Shown here: positions 9,906 to 18,462 of the stretch, piece after piece
Numbering within the stretch: position 1 is the first letter of the stretch
Layout of the letters: the number at the start of each line of letters is the position of its first letter
DNA from: an uncultured Chloroflexia bacterium
Lineage (GTDB): Bacteria > Chloroflexota > Limnocylindria > Limnocylindrales > CSP1-4
Length of the DNA stretch: 64,000 nucleotides
NCBI GenBank assembly: GCA_963783055.1
Contig: CAWAMB010000004.1
Coordinates: forward strand, 40,442 to 104,441
Reading direction: 5' to 3'
Notes under the pieces: model-generated
Seen by the model: only the letters and a program-made list of their open reading frames with translations
Told to the model about the DNA's origin: nothing
The model's database searches: none
Program-made: the position numbers and the translations under genes

Positions 9906-10140
9906 GAACTCTTTCCTCCTCGTTCGCCGTCAACCGGGTGGCCCCGGTCGACCTCGGTCGGCGCCTCCTCCGTGACCATCCGGCCGCGCCCGCCAGTCGA
10001 CCGGCGTCCGATGCTCCGCACCCGGCGTCGGTCGATCGCGGTGGATCGGGTGACGTCGGGAGCGAGCGGCGGTACGTGACGGACGACGACGCAGAACGCT
10101 GGCTCGGACGGCGCGCAGGTTGCCGCCGAAGCGATGCCGT

Positions 10141-10168
10141 ATCATAGACATCAGCGGACCGAATGCAA
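10141..10168 (-). promoter_or_regulatory. candidate sigma-70-type promoter of the liv operon
   Basis: Minus strand reads TTGCAT-16 nt-TATGAT in the only AT-rich patch of the 9906-10323 gap. This implies a ~225-nt leader. Confidence 0.4.
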
Positions 10169-10323
10169 CAATCGGTCGACGCGACCCGGGCGTGTGCTGT
10201 CGAGCCATCTGGCTCGCCCTCCCGCGTGGTCCCGTCGACGACCGTGGCCCCGGTCGGCTCCCGACTCGGCGATGGACGCGAATCCCATTGCTCCCGCCGA
10301 CCGCACGAGGTGCCCTCGCCAGC

Positions 10324-10794
10324 GTGGAATACCTGATCCGACCGGCTCGCATCACGGACATCGAACGGCTCGTCGCGCTCAGCGGCGGCTCGGTTCGGTC
10401 GCCCGGGGCTGCGGGATCGATGGATTCGGGAGACCTGCTCCGACAGCTCGTCTACCTCCCGCAGGCCAGCATCTTCATCGCCGAGGCCCGGCGCGAGGTC
10501 GTCGGAGGCGCGGTTCTCGCCCTCCGTCCATCCGTCCGGGCCGGTGGCTTCGTCGGCGTCGTGGACCTGATCGTGGTCGATCCCGACCATGACGCGGACC
10601 GCGTCACCGATGCGTTGCTGGAGGAGATCCTCCGGTCAGCGCGCAACAAGGGCTGCAGCATCGTCGAGGCGGCCCTCTCGGATGACCCGGCGGAGCGGAC
10701 CCGCCTGGAGCGTCACGGGTTCGTCGAATCCGGTCCGCGTGCTGAGCGCCGGGTGGCCACGGTCGGAGCCGCCGGGGGACGCAGCAGGAACTGA
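10324..10794 (+). CDS. GNAT-family N-acetyltransferase
   Basis: GTG 10324 within ORF 10120-10794. GNAT core: ..IFIAEARREVVGGAVLAL..VVDLIVVDPDHDADRVTDALLEEILRSARNKGCSIVEA. Confidence 0.7.
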   Translation: MEYLIRPARITDIERLVALSGGSVRSPGAAGSMDSGDLLRQLVYLPQASIFIAEARREVVGGAVLALRPSVRAGGFVGVVDLIVVDPDHDADRVTDALLEEILRSARNKGCSIVEAALSDDPAERTRLERHGFVESGPRAERRVATVGAAGGRSRN

Positions 10795-10858
10795 CCCGGG
10801 ACCGTCAGGCAGCGCAATTCGCGCCGACGGCCCTCGAACATCAATCTGAGGAGTCAAG

Positions 10859-11767
10859 GTGGGCAAGAACGTCGCCGTCTTCGTGGACGTTGCGAACATC
10901 TTCTATGCGGCCAAGGCGGCCGGCACGGACATCGATTACGTCACGCTGCTCCAGGCGGCCACCGCCGGGCGCGACTTCGTCCGGGCGTACGCCTACACGG
11001 GGCTCGACCCCGACAACGAGAATCAGCGCAACTTCCATGCCTTCCTGGCCCGCAACCACTACAAGGTGGTCAGCAAGGACATCCGCAAGTACGGCGACGG
11101 CAAGGTCAAGGCGAACCTCGACATCGAGCTCGTCGTCGACCTGATGAAGACCGCCCGCAACCTCGACATCGCGATCGTGATCTCCGGCGACGGCGACTTC
11201 GCCCCGGCGATCCGCGCGGTCCAGGAGATGGGCGTCCGGGTCGAGGTCATCAGCTTCCGCGGCAACACCTCGAGCGACCTGATCGAGGTCGCCGACCTGT
11301 TCACCGACATCACCCAGCTGGCCCGCGTCGACAAGACCTCGTCGCGCTCGGGACGGCGGGTCGCCGGCGACCAGGAGGACCTGTCGATGACCGAGGTCCC
11401 CGACAAGCAGACCGAGGGCACCGGCCAGCGCAGCCGGGGCCGGGGACGCGGACGGGGTCGGCCGGGTGAGGCCGAGCCGGTCGCCGCCCGCGGCCGGACG
11501 GGCGGCCGCACGAGCGGGTCGCGCACGGCCGCGCCGGCCGAGCCGGTCGCAGCCGCCGCATCCGGCCGGCAACGGCGCGATGACGGTTCTGCCCGGCGAG
11601 AAGCTCTCGCGCGTCTCGCCGGCATCCGCGGCAGCCGCAGCGGCCGCTGCTTCCGCCGCGCCGGGCGTCGACCTCGACGACGAGGAGCTCACCCCGTTCG
11701 ACATCGATCCGGAGTCCATGCCCGGTGGCGCGAGCGAGGGCTCGGCCGATGGGGACGGCGACGGTGA
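10859..11767 (+). CDS. NYN (LabA/PIN-like) domain protein; the reading frame probably continues into the next ORF after a +1 indel near 11567
   Basis: GTG start with a GAGGAG RBS. NYN domain: VAVFVDVANIFYAAK..ELVVDLM..IAIVISGDGDFAPAIRAVQEMGVRVEVISF. GC3 in this frame collapses after ~11570. Confidence 0.8.
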   Translation: MGKNVAVFVDVANIFYAAKAAGTDIDYVTLLQAATAGRDFVRAYAYTGLDPDNENQRNFHAFLARNHYKVVSKDIRKYGDGKVKANLDIELVVDLMKTARNLDIAIVISGDGDFAPAIRAVQEMGVRVEVISFRGNTSSDLIEVADLFTDITQLARVDKTSSRSGRRVAGDQEDLSMTEVPDKQTEGTGQRSRGRGRGRGRPGEAEPVAARGRTGGRTSGSRTAAPAEPVAAAASGRQRRDDGSARREALARLAGIRGSRSGRCFRRAGRRPRRRGAHPVRHRSGVHARWRERGLGRWGRRR

Positions 11768-12887
11768 GACCGATGGCGAGGGCGAGGCCGGCCGGCGCCG
11801 CCGCCGGCGCCGCGGTGGACGCGGACGTGGACGCGGCCGTGGTCGCGACGGCGAGGCTCTGCCCGCCGGCGACAGCGCGGCACCGACCGAACCGGCCGCC
11901 TTCGACGACGACGAGGACGCCGACGAGGAAGAGGACGTCGCACCGGCCCCGCGCGGGCCACGGACGACGCCGTTCGGGTCGGTCTGGGACTCCCAGATCG
12001 GTACCCCGACCTCGGCTCCTGCCTCGCTCGGACCCGTCGCCGACGACGAGGACTTCGACGAGCCGGAGATCCCCGAGTACCTGATCGCCGAGCAGCGACG
12101 CGGTCGCCAGGGCCAGGCCCAGGGCGGTCCCGGCAGCCGTGGCGGCCAGGGACGCGGTGGGCCGCGCGGCGGGCGGAGTGCCTACAACGCCGCGATCGAT
12201 CGCGAGCGCTACGGTCGTGGTGGCGGGGGTGGAATCAACCGCTATCCCGACGTGAGCGGACGGACCGGCCAGGGTGGCCGACCAGCCGGCCAGCCAGGCG
12301 GCGCGTACGCCCGCCAGGACGCCAGCTACTCGCGGCCCCAGGGCGACCGCCCCGAGCGATCGGCGCCGCGCTCGAACGGCGATCCGTGGAGCGAGGTCCC
12401 GCCCGAGCTCGAGCAGCAGCTCCGGGCCCAGCTTGCCCAATCGCCGAAGGCACGCCGCCCGGAGCGGGCACCCGCCCCGTCGCGGATCGAGGCGGCGGAC
12501 GCGGCCGGCGAGATCGAGACGATGACGGTCGACGCGCTCGAGGCGATCGACACGGCGCCGAAGCGACGCGCATCGACCCGCCGCAAGGCAGGCGACCCGA
12601 CGGCCGCCGCTCCGGAGGCCGCGTCCGACACGGCTGCCGCGTCGGCCCCGAAGCGTCGGGCCACCACGCGCAAGAAGGCGGACGACGCCGGCACGGCAGC
12701 GGCCGCGGCCGTGGACGGCGCCGGCGAGGCAGCCACGGCTGCCCCGAAGCGTCGGGCGACGACCCGCAAGAAGGCCGATCCGTCCGACGCGGCCGGCACG
12801 ACCGCCACCGAGGCCGTCGACAGTGCCGCGCAGACCGACGCCGCACCCAAGCGTCGCGCGCCGCGCAACAAGGCCGACCCGGCCTGA
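11580..12887 (+). CDS. low-complexity acidic/RGG/basic-repeat protein (likely the C-terminal tail of the NYN protein)
   Basis: High GC3 in the frame of ORF 11466-12887; first ATG is at 11580. It has RGG blocks, a DEDFDEPEIPEYLIAEQRRG motif and four APKRRA(S/T)TR(K/R)KA repeats at ~32-aa spacing. Confidence 0.6.
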   Translation: MTVLPGEKLSRVSPASAAAAAAAASAAPGVDLDDEELTPFDIDPESMPGGASEGSADGDGDGETDGEGEAGRRRRRRRGGRGRGRGRGRDGEALPAGDSAAPTEPAAFDDDEDADEEEDVAPAPRGPRTTPFGSVWDSQIGTPTSAPASLGPVADDEDFDEPEIPEYLIAEQRRGRQGQAQGGPGSRGGQGRGGPRGGRSAYNAAIDRERYGRGGGGGINRYPDVSGRTGQGGRPAGQPGGAYARQDASYSRPQGDRPERSAPRSNGDPWSEVPPELEQQLRAQLAQSPKARRPERAPAPSRIEAADAAGEIETMTVDALEAIDTAPKRRASTRRKAGDPTAAAPEAASDTAAASAPKRRATTRKKADDAGTAAAAAVDGAGEAATAAPKRRATTRKKADPSDAAGTTATEAVDSAAQTDAAPKRRAPRNKADPA

Positions 12888-12918
12888 CGGCGGCCCGCCG
12901 GCCGCGATCGTCGACGCC

Positions 12919-14250
12919 GTGACCCGCGCGTCAGCGGTTCAGCCCCCCGAGCCCGTGGCACCCGCCGCGGGCTCGCTGCGCACCCGCGGCCACGATCGGG
13001 CCGTGGCCATGGTCCGGGCGATGATCGCCGGGCGCGTCCCGCACGCGATCCTGATCAGCGGCCCGGCCGGCATCGGCAAGACGACTCTCGCCCTCGACCT
13101 GGCCGCAGGATTGCTGTGCGACGACCCGGATCCGGCCGCCCGGCCGTGTCGCGGCTGCCGCGGCTGCCGGCTCGTCGACCGCGGCCGCCATCCGGACGTC
13201 CACCGCCTCGCGCCGGCCGGCCCCGGTGACCAGATCCGGATCGGCAGCCGCGATCGGCCCGAGGACGGGACCATCCGCCGGCTGTCGTCGGACCTCGTGC
13301 TGCTGCCCGTCGAGGGCGGGGCACGGGTCGCCATCGTCGAGCGCGCCGACCGCCTGACCGACGACGCCCAGACGGCGCTCCTCAAGACGCTCGAGGAGCC
13401 ACCGTCCGGGGTCACGATCGTCCTCTGCGCCGACGACGAGGATCGGCTCCTGCCGACCGTTCGCTCACGCGCCGCCCGGATCCGGCTCGGACCGGTGGCA
13501 ACCCGCGAGATCGAGGCGATCCTGGCCGACGGCGGGGTGGCCGAGCCGCCCCTCGCGGCCCGGCTCGCTCGGATTGCCGGGGGACGCCCCGGCGCAGCCC
13601 GGATCCTGGCCGCCGCTCCGGAGGCGGTCGCCGCCCGGGACGAGGTCGCCCGGATCCTGCTCGACCTGCTGACCGCCACGCCGGCGCCACGCCTGGCCGC
13701 CGTCCGCGACCTCACGGCCCGGGCGACCGACCTCGCTCGCGCGGTCGACCGGGTCGCGAGCGAGGGCGGGGCCTCCGATGCCCTCGACGGCGCGGCCGGG
13801 CCTGCCAAGCGTGGCCGCGGTGCGCGGACGAAGGGCGCCGCCGGTACCGCCGCGACTGAGCGCCCGGTGACGCGTCCGCCCGGCGACGGCACGCCCGATC
13901 CGGACGCAACCGGCGAGGACGCCGACGCGGCCGACGATCCCGGCGCGGCGCGCACGGCCGTCCCTGCCGCCGAACGGCGGCGGGCCGCCGGGATCGTGAT
14001 CGGGTTGTGGCGTGAGCTGACCCGCGACCTCCTGGTCGTCGTCCTCGGCGAGGAGCGCCAGGTCCGGGATCCGGCGTTGCTCGACGATCTGCGCTCGGCC
14101 GCGAAGCCCCTCAGCGCCACCGGCGGCGCGGCGCTCGGGGCGTTCCTGATCCGGCTCGACGCGGCCGGCGAGCTCCTCGAAGCCAATGTCCGTCCGGAGC
14201 TCGTGCTCGACAGCCTTCTCCTCAACTGGCCATCGGTGGCCGCGCGGTGA
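12919..14250 (+). CDS. holB: DNA polymerase III subunit delta' (HolB)
   Basis: ..GRVPHAILISGPAGIGKTTLALDLAAGLLC..CRGCRGCRLV..LLKTLEEPP..RSRA. The GTG start is chosen at 12919 within ORF 12823-14250. Confidence 0.85.
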   Translation: MTRASAVQPPEPVAPAAGSLRTRGHDRAVAMVRAMIAGRVPHAILISGPAGIGKTTLALDLAAGLLCDDPDPAARPCRGCRGCRLVDRGRHPDVHRLAPAGPGDQIRIGSRDRPEDGTIRRLSSDLVLLPVEGGARVAIVERADRLTDDAQTALLKTLEEPPSGVTIVLCADDEDRLLPTVRSRAARIRLGPVATREIEAILADGGVAEPPLAARLARIAGGRPGAARILAAAPEAVAARDEVARILLDLLTATPAPRLAAVRDLTARATDLARAVDRVASEGGASDALDGAAGPAKRGRGARTKGAAGTAATERPVTRPPGDGTPDPDATGEDADAADDPGAARTAVPAAERRRAAGIVIGLWRELTRDLLVVVLGEERQVRDPALLDDLRSAAKPLSATGGAALGAFLIRLDAAGELLEANVRPELVLDSLLLNWPSVAAR

Positions 14251-14582
14251 GTGAGGCAAGTCGGCGGCCGGGCGAGGACGAGGTGGTCGCGGTGACCCGT
14301 CTGGAGGCCACGATCCGCGGTCGGGTCCAGGGCGTCGGATTCCGCTACTTCGTCGTGCGCCGGGCGATGGAGCTGGGGCTCGTCGGCTGGGTCGCCAACA
14401 CGGCCGACGGCAGCGTCCGGTGCGTCGCCGAAGGCCCGACCGCGACCCTGGACACGTTCGAGGCGGGCCTGCGAGAGGGCCCGGTCGGCGCGATCGTCGA
14501 CGCGGTCGACCTGGTCCGGATGCCCGGGACCGGCCGATTCGACCGCTTCGCGATCCGATCTGGGGCCCACACCGGCGATTGA
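14247..14582 (+). CDS. acyP: acylphosphatase
   Basis: ..IRGRVQGVGFRYFVVRRAMELGLVGWVANTADGSV.. with a GTGA overlap with the holB stop. Confidence 0.9.
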   Translation: MSEASRRPGEDEVVAVTRLEATIRGRVQGVGFRYFVVRRAMELGLVGWVANTADGSVRCVAEGPTATLDTFEAGLREGPVGAIVDAVDLVRMPGTGRFDRFAIRSGAHTGD

Positions 14583-14745
14583 CGAACGCGGATTCGCGGG
14601 CGTCCTGGCGCGCCCGGATTCGGAGCCGCGACTCCCGAGCGTTGCCTGCGCGAACCGAAACGGGGTGAATCGGGACCTTTGGCGTCAGGCGACCGGACGT
14701 GTTTCCCGTACTTCGCTGATCGTCCATGGCCCATCGTCCACAGTG

Positions 14746-15150
14746 ATGGAGTCCCGGCCGTCCCCTGACACTCTGGTCCCCGAAGAGACCGTCGTCACGC
14801 TCGCCGAGGATCTGCCCGAGATCTATCGGGCGATTCTCGATCGCGTGGCCGAGCTCGAGCAGCTGGGCGCCCGTCGCGAGGCGGGCCGGATCCGGCTGGC
14901 CGCGACGCAGGCCTACTCCGACGCCTGGAACGAGTCGGCGCGACGCCACCTGATCCGGCTGCTCGGCGCAAGCCCAGCGCGGTCTGGTCGTCAGCGAGCG
15001 ACCCCGCGGTTGGACGATCCGACGGAGATCCGCGCCGGCCCGCTGACCCGCCGACTCGCCGGCGAGCCCCGCGCTAGTCTTGGCGCGTGGAATCGATCGA
15101 CACGATCGGCGACGCGATCGCCGCGGCCCGGCCTGCCTACGATGCCCTGA
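14746..15150 (+). CDS. hypothetical helical protein
   Basis: ATG 14746 in ORF 14665-15150. GC3 decays in the last ~60 nt, where it overlaps the next gene. Confidence 0.4.
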   Translation: MESRPSPDTLVPEETVVTLAEDLPEIYRAILDRVAELEQLGARREAGRIRLAATQAYSDAWNESARRHLIRLLGASPARSGRQRATPRLDDPTEIRAGPLTRRLAGEPRASLGAWNRSTRSATRSPRPGLPTMP

Positions 15151-15392
15151 CCGGGCTCGCGGAGGACGTCGAGGACGAGTGGTCATACATCAACGACCTG
15201 ACCACCGCCTGGCACGAGCGGCTCGACGCGGTGGCCGCGGCGCGCGGCCACGAGCCAGCGCCCGGAGGGGTCGGCGCCGCGGTCCCAGCCCTCGTCGCAG
15301 AGGTCGAAGCGCTCGACGATCCGCACCGTGCCATCGACTGGCTGTCGACGTTCCCGCAGGTCCTGCTGATCGCCCTCGGCGAGCGACCGTGA
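15087..15392 (+). CDS. hypothetical acidic protein
   Basis: 101-aa ORF with a GTG start and high GC3. Its stop overlaps the next start (GTGA). Confidence 0.5.
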   Translation: MESIDTIGDAIAAARPAYDALTGLAEDVEDEWSYINDLTTAWHERLDAVAAARGHEPAPGGVGAAVPALVAEVEALDDPHRAIDWLSTFPQVLLIALGERP

Positions 15393-16078
15393 GGTTCCAG
15401 GACGCCGCGCCGGACGCCCGGGCCGTCGTCTACGCCGGGATCCAGGCCGACCCGCTCGTGGGACGCGCCGCGAGCCTGCTTGCCGACGCGAGCCACGACC
15501 AGCGAATCCTCGCCCGGGCCGTGATGAACGGGATGTCGACCACGCCGGCGACGTGGCTGGCGATGTTCCCGAGCCTGTTCGGCCCGGCCGCAACCGCTGC
15601 CGCCGACGGGGCCGAGCGGACACGGTCCGAGGCGATCCTGGCCGCATCGCTCGAGGTCGCCGAGCGCGGCGAGCAGGTCCGCTCCCAGTTCCGCGGCGCG
15701 ATCGTGGAGGCATTGACCGAGGCGCTGGTCCGGCGCCGGCCAGGGGTGGCGGCCGGTCCTGCCGTTCGGCGCGAGCGGCGGATCCTGTTCGACGGCGTCC
15801 GGGCCGAGATCCACCCGTACGACGTGACGGTCGAGACCCCCGGCGCCGCACAGGCGATCGACTGCAAATGGGGCGCGCGCGGGATCAACGCCGACGTCCT
15901 GCACCAGCTCGATGACGCGCGGTCCCATGCCGCCGAGGAGGACGAGGCCCTTGTCGCCGCAATCGTCGTCTTCGACGCGGAGCGATCGTGCCGGGTGCGG
16001 CTCGACCGCGAGACCGCGCCACACGAGGCGACGCAGCTCATCGGCCTGGAGAGCCTCGATCGGCTGGCCGCGCCATGA
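15389..16078 (+). CDS. hypothetical protein with a PD-(D/E)xK-like C-terminal motif
   Basis: GTG 15389 in ORF 15080-16078. The C-terminal half reads ..EIHPYDVTVETPGAAQAIDCKWG.., a D..(D/E)xK arrangement; this is motif-level inference only. Confidence 0.5.
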   Translation: MRFQDAAPDARAVVYAGIQADPLVGRAASLLADASHDQRILARAVMNGMSTTPATWLAMFPSLFGPAATAAADGAERTRSEAILAASLEVAERGEQVRSQFRGAIVEALTEALVRRRPGVAAGPAVRRERRILFDGVRAEIHPYDVTVETPGAAQAIDCKWGARGINADVLHQLDDARSHAAEEDEALVAAIVVFDAERSCRVRLDRETAPHEATQLIGLESLDRLAAP

Positions 16079-16905
16079 AGGCCAGCGACGCCACGGGAGT
16101 CCTGGACGATGGCCGGCCCGCCTGGCAGACGTCGTATCGGGTCCGGTTCGACGAGGCCGGGCCGGACGGCCGGCTTCGGACGTCCGGCTTCATGCGCTAT
16201 GCCCAGGACCTCGCCTGGCAGCACTCGGCCGATCTCGGCTTCGGGCGGGCGTGGTACGCCGAGCGTGGGCTCACGTGGCTGGTCCGAGCCGCCGAGCTGG
16301 TGATCCACCAGGCGCCGGAGATGGGCTCGACCCTGACCGCCCGGACGGCGATCGTCGGCATCCGGCGCGTGTTCGCCCGGCGCCGCGGCGAATTCCTCCT
16401 GGCCGATGGCACGTCGGCCGGCTGGGTGCACACCGATTGGGTGCTGATCGATGCCCGCGGCGCCTTGACCCGGATCCCGTCGATCTTTCCTGAAGTGTTC
16501 GGCGGAACCGACGACATGGGTCCGGTCGGGCGGATCCCGCTGCCGCCGACGCCCCCGGACGCGACCCATCGCCGGTTCGCCGTCCGGCCGCACGAGCTCG
16601 ACCCCATGGACCACGCCAACAACGCGATCTATCTCGACTGGCTCGAGGAGGCGATTCTCGCCGTCGCCGAGCCGGCGGAGGCGCGAGCCGCGACCACCGA
16701 TCTGCCCCGGCGCTACCGGATGGAGTTCGCCCTCGCGGTGGACGCGGGAGCCGAGCTCGACGGCGCCGCCTGGCGTGACGGGCCGGGCTGGAGCTACCGG
16801 CTGGCCGGCGCCGACGGCGCCACGGACCGGTTCCGGGCCCGCGTCGCAACCGGCGCGGCCGCGACGGCCGACGATGAGCCCAGCGACACGAAGGAGCCGC
16901 AGTGA
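16075..16905 (+). CDS. acyl-ACP thioesterase family protein
   Basis: ATG 16075 (ATGA overlap). Double hot-dog pattern: ..YRVRFDEAGPDGRLRTSGFMRYAQD..VRPHELDPMDHANNAIYLDWLEE. Confidence 0.75.
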   Translation: MKASDATGVLDDGRPAWQTSYRVRFDEAGPDGRLRTSGFMRYAQDLAWQHSADLGFGRAWYAERGLTWLVRAAELVIHQAPEMGSTLTARTAIVGIRRVFARRRGEFLLADGTSAGWVHTDWVLIDARGALTRIPSIFPEVFGGTDDMGPVGRIPLPPTPPDATHRRFAVRPHELDPMDHANNAIYLDWLEEAILAVAEPAEARAATTDLPRRYRMEFALAVDAGAELDGAAWRDGPGWSYRLAGADGATDRFRARVATGAAATADDEPSDTKEPQ

Positions 16906-18104
16906 CCCGAACGGTGCTCACCGGTGGCCGCGTGTTCGACGGGACGGGCAGCGCCCCGGACCACGCCGACGTCGCGGTCGAGAACGGCCGGATCGTCGGG
17001 CTCGGCACCGGCCTCGATGGCGACGCCGAGATCGACGTTCGGGATCGCACGATCCTGCCGGGCCTGTTCGACTGCCACGTCCATGTCTGCGTCTCGAACG
17101 TCGACCTGTGGGGCAGCGTCCAGCAGCCGTTCTCGCGCCAGTTCTACGAGGCCGCGGTCAACCTCCGGAAGACGCTCTCGATCGGGATCACGTCGGTCCG
17201 CGACGCCGGCGGCGCCGATCTCGGGATCAAGGAGGCCGTCGCCGACGGCACGATCGCCGGTCCGCGCCTCCAGATCTCGATCACGATGCTCAGCCAGACC
17301 GGCGGCCATGGCGACGACTGGTATCCGTCCGGCGCCGAGGTCCCGTTCATGGGCGTCCACCCGGGCCGTCCGTCGGGGATCGTCGACGGGGTCGACGCGG
17401 TCCGGAAGAAGGTCCGCGAGCTCCATCGCAACGGCGCGGACGTGATCAAGGTCGCCACGTCCGGCGGGGTCCTGTCGGCCCGGGACGACCCACGCCACGC
17501 CCACTTCCGGCCGTCCGAGCTCGATGCCCTCGTCGAGGAGGCGACCGCGGCCGGGATGTTCGTCATGGCCCATGCCCAGGGCGCCGACGGCATCAAGAAC
17601 GCGGTGCGGGCCGGAATCCGCTCGATCGACCACGGGATCTACCTCGACGACGAGGCGATCGAGCTGATGCTCCGGCGCGGGACGTGGTTCGTCCCGACGC
17701 TCATGGCCCCGCAGGGGGTCCTCGACGCGGTCGATGCGGGCGTCAGCCTCCCGCCCGCCGTGGTCGACAAGGCAAGGATGGTCATCGAGATCCACCGGGC
17801 GGCGTTCCGGCGGGCGGTGGAGGCCGGCGTCCGGGTCGCGATGGGCACCGACAGCGGGGTCACGCCCCACGGCCACAACCTGCGCGAGCTCCAGCTCATG
17901 GCGGACGGCGGCATGGCCCCGGCCGCCGTCCTCGAGGCGACGACCCGGTCCGCTGCCGAATTGCTGGGCGTCGACGACGACCTCGGCACGATCGCGGAAG
18001 GCAAGCTGGCCGACCTGGTCGTGGTTGCGGGCGATCCGTATGACTTCACGGATCTCGGCGATCGGGTCGAGCAGGTCTGGCAGGGCGGCCGCCGGGTCGT
18101 CTGA
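16902..18104 (+). CDS. amidohydrolase family metallo-hydrolase
   Basis: 400-aa ORF: ..ILPGLFDCHVHV..VIKVATSGGV..MAHAQG..IDHG..GTDSG. GTGA overlap with the thioesterase stop. Confidence 0.9.
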   Translation: MTRTVLTGGRVFDGTGSAPDHADVAVENGRIVGLGTGLDGDAEIDVRDRTILPGLFDCHVHVCVSNVDLWGSVQQPFSRQFYEAAVNLRKTLSIGITSVRDAGGADLGIKEAVADGTIAGPRLQISITMLSQTGGHGDDWYPSGAEVPFMGVHPGRPSGIVDGVDAVRKKVRELHRNGADVIKVATSGGVLSARDDPRHAHFRPSELDALVEEATAAGMFVMAHAQGADGIKNAVRAGIRSIDHGIYLDDEAIELMLRRGTWFVPTLMAPQGVLDAVDAGVSLPPAVVDKARMVIEIHRAAFRRAVEAGVRVAMGTDSGVTPHGHNLRELQLMADGGMAPAAVLEATTRSAAELLGVDDDLGTIAEGKLADLVVVAGDPYDFTDLGDRVEQVWQGGRRVV

Positions 18105-18420
18105 CCGCCGACGGCGCTGCGACCGAGGCGGCCGGCGCGGGCTGCCGCGACAGCGAAGCTGGCACGCGCGAGGCGCATGGTGCCGGCATGTCCCGACGGC
18201 CCGACCCCTCCGGATCGAGACGGCCCGCCGTGCGGCCACCGTCGCGCGCTGATCTCCGGCGGCCGCCCGGCGCCGGCCGCCGCCGCCCGGTCGCCCAGTG
18301 GGAGGCCGATCAGAGCGCGCCGGCCGACCGCCGGCCCGGGCCGACTGGGAGAGCTTCGATCGCTGGCTGGCGAGCCGGGCGCGGCCGCCCTGAGGGCGAC
18401 CCGTCAGATCGAAGGATGTC

Positions 18421-18453
18421 CGCCGACGGCCGGGAGGAGCTCGGCCGTCGGCG
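18421..18453 (-). terminator. GC-rich hairpin just downstream of the GH13 gene
   Basis: A 12-bp perfect stem, CGCCGACGGCCG/CGGCCGTCGGCG, with a 9-nt loop, 10 nt after the stop at 18463. No clear U-tract. Confidence 0.45.
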
Positions 18454-18462
18454 GGCCCGGGA

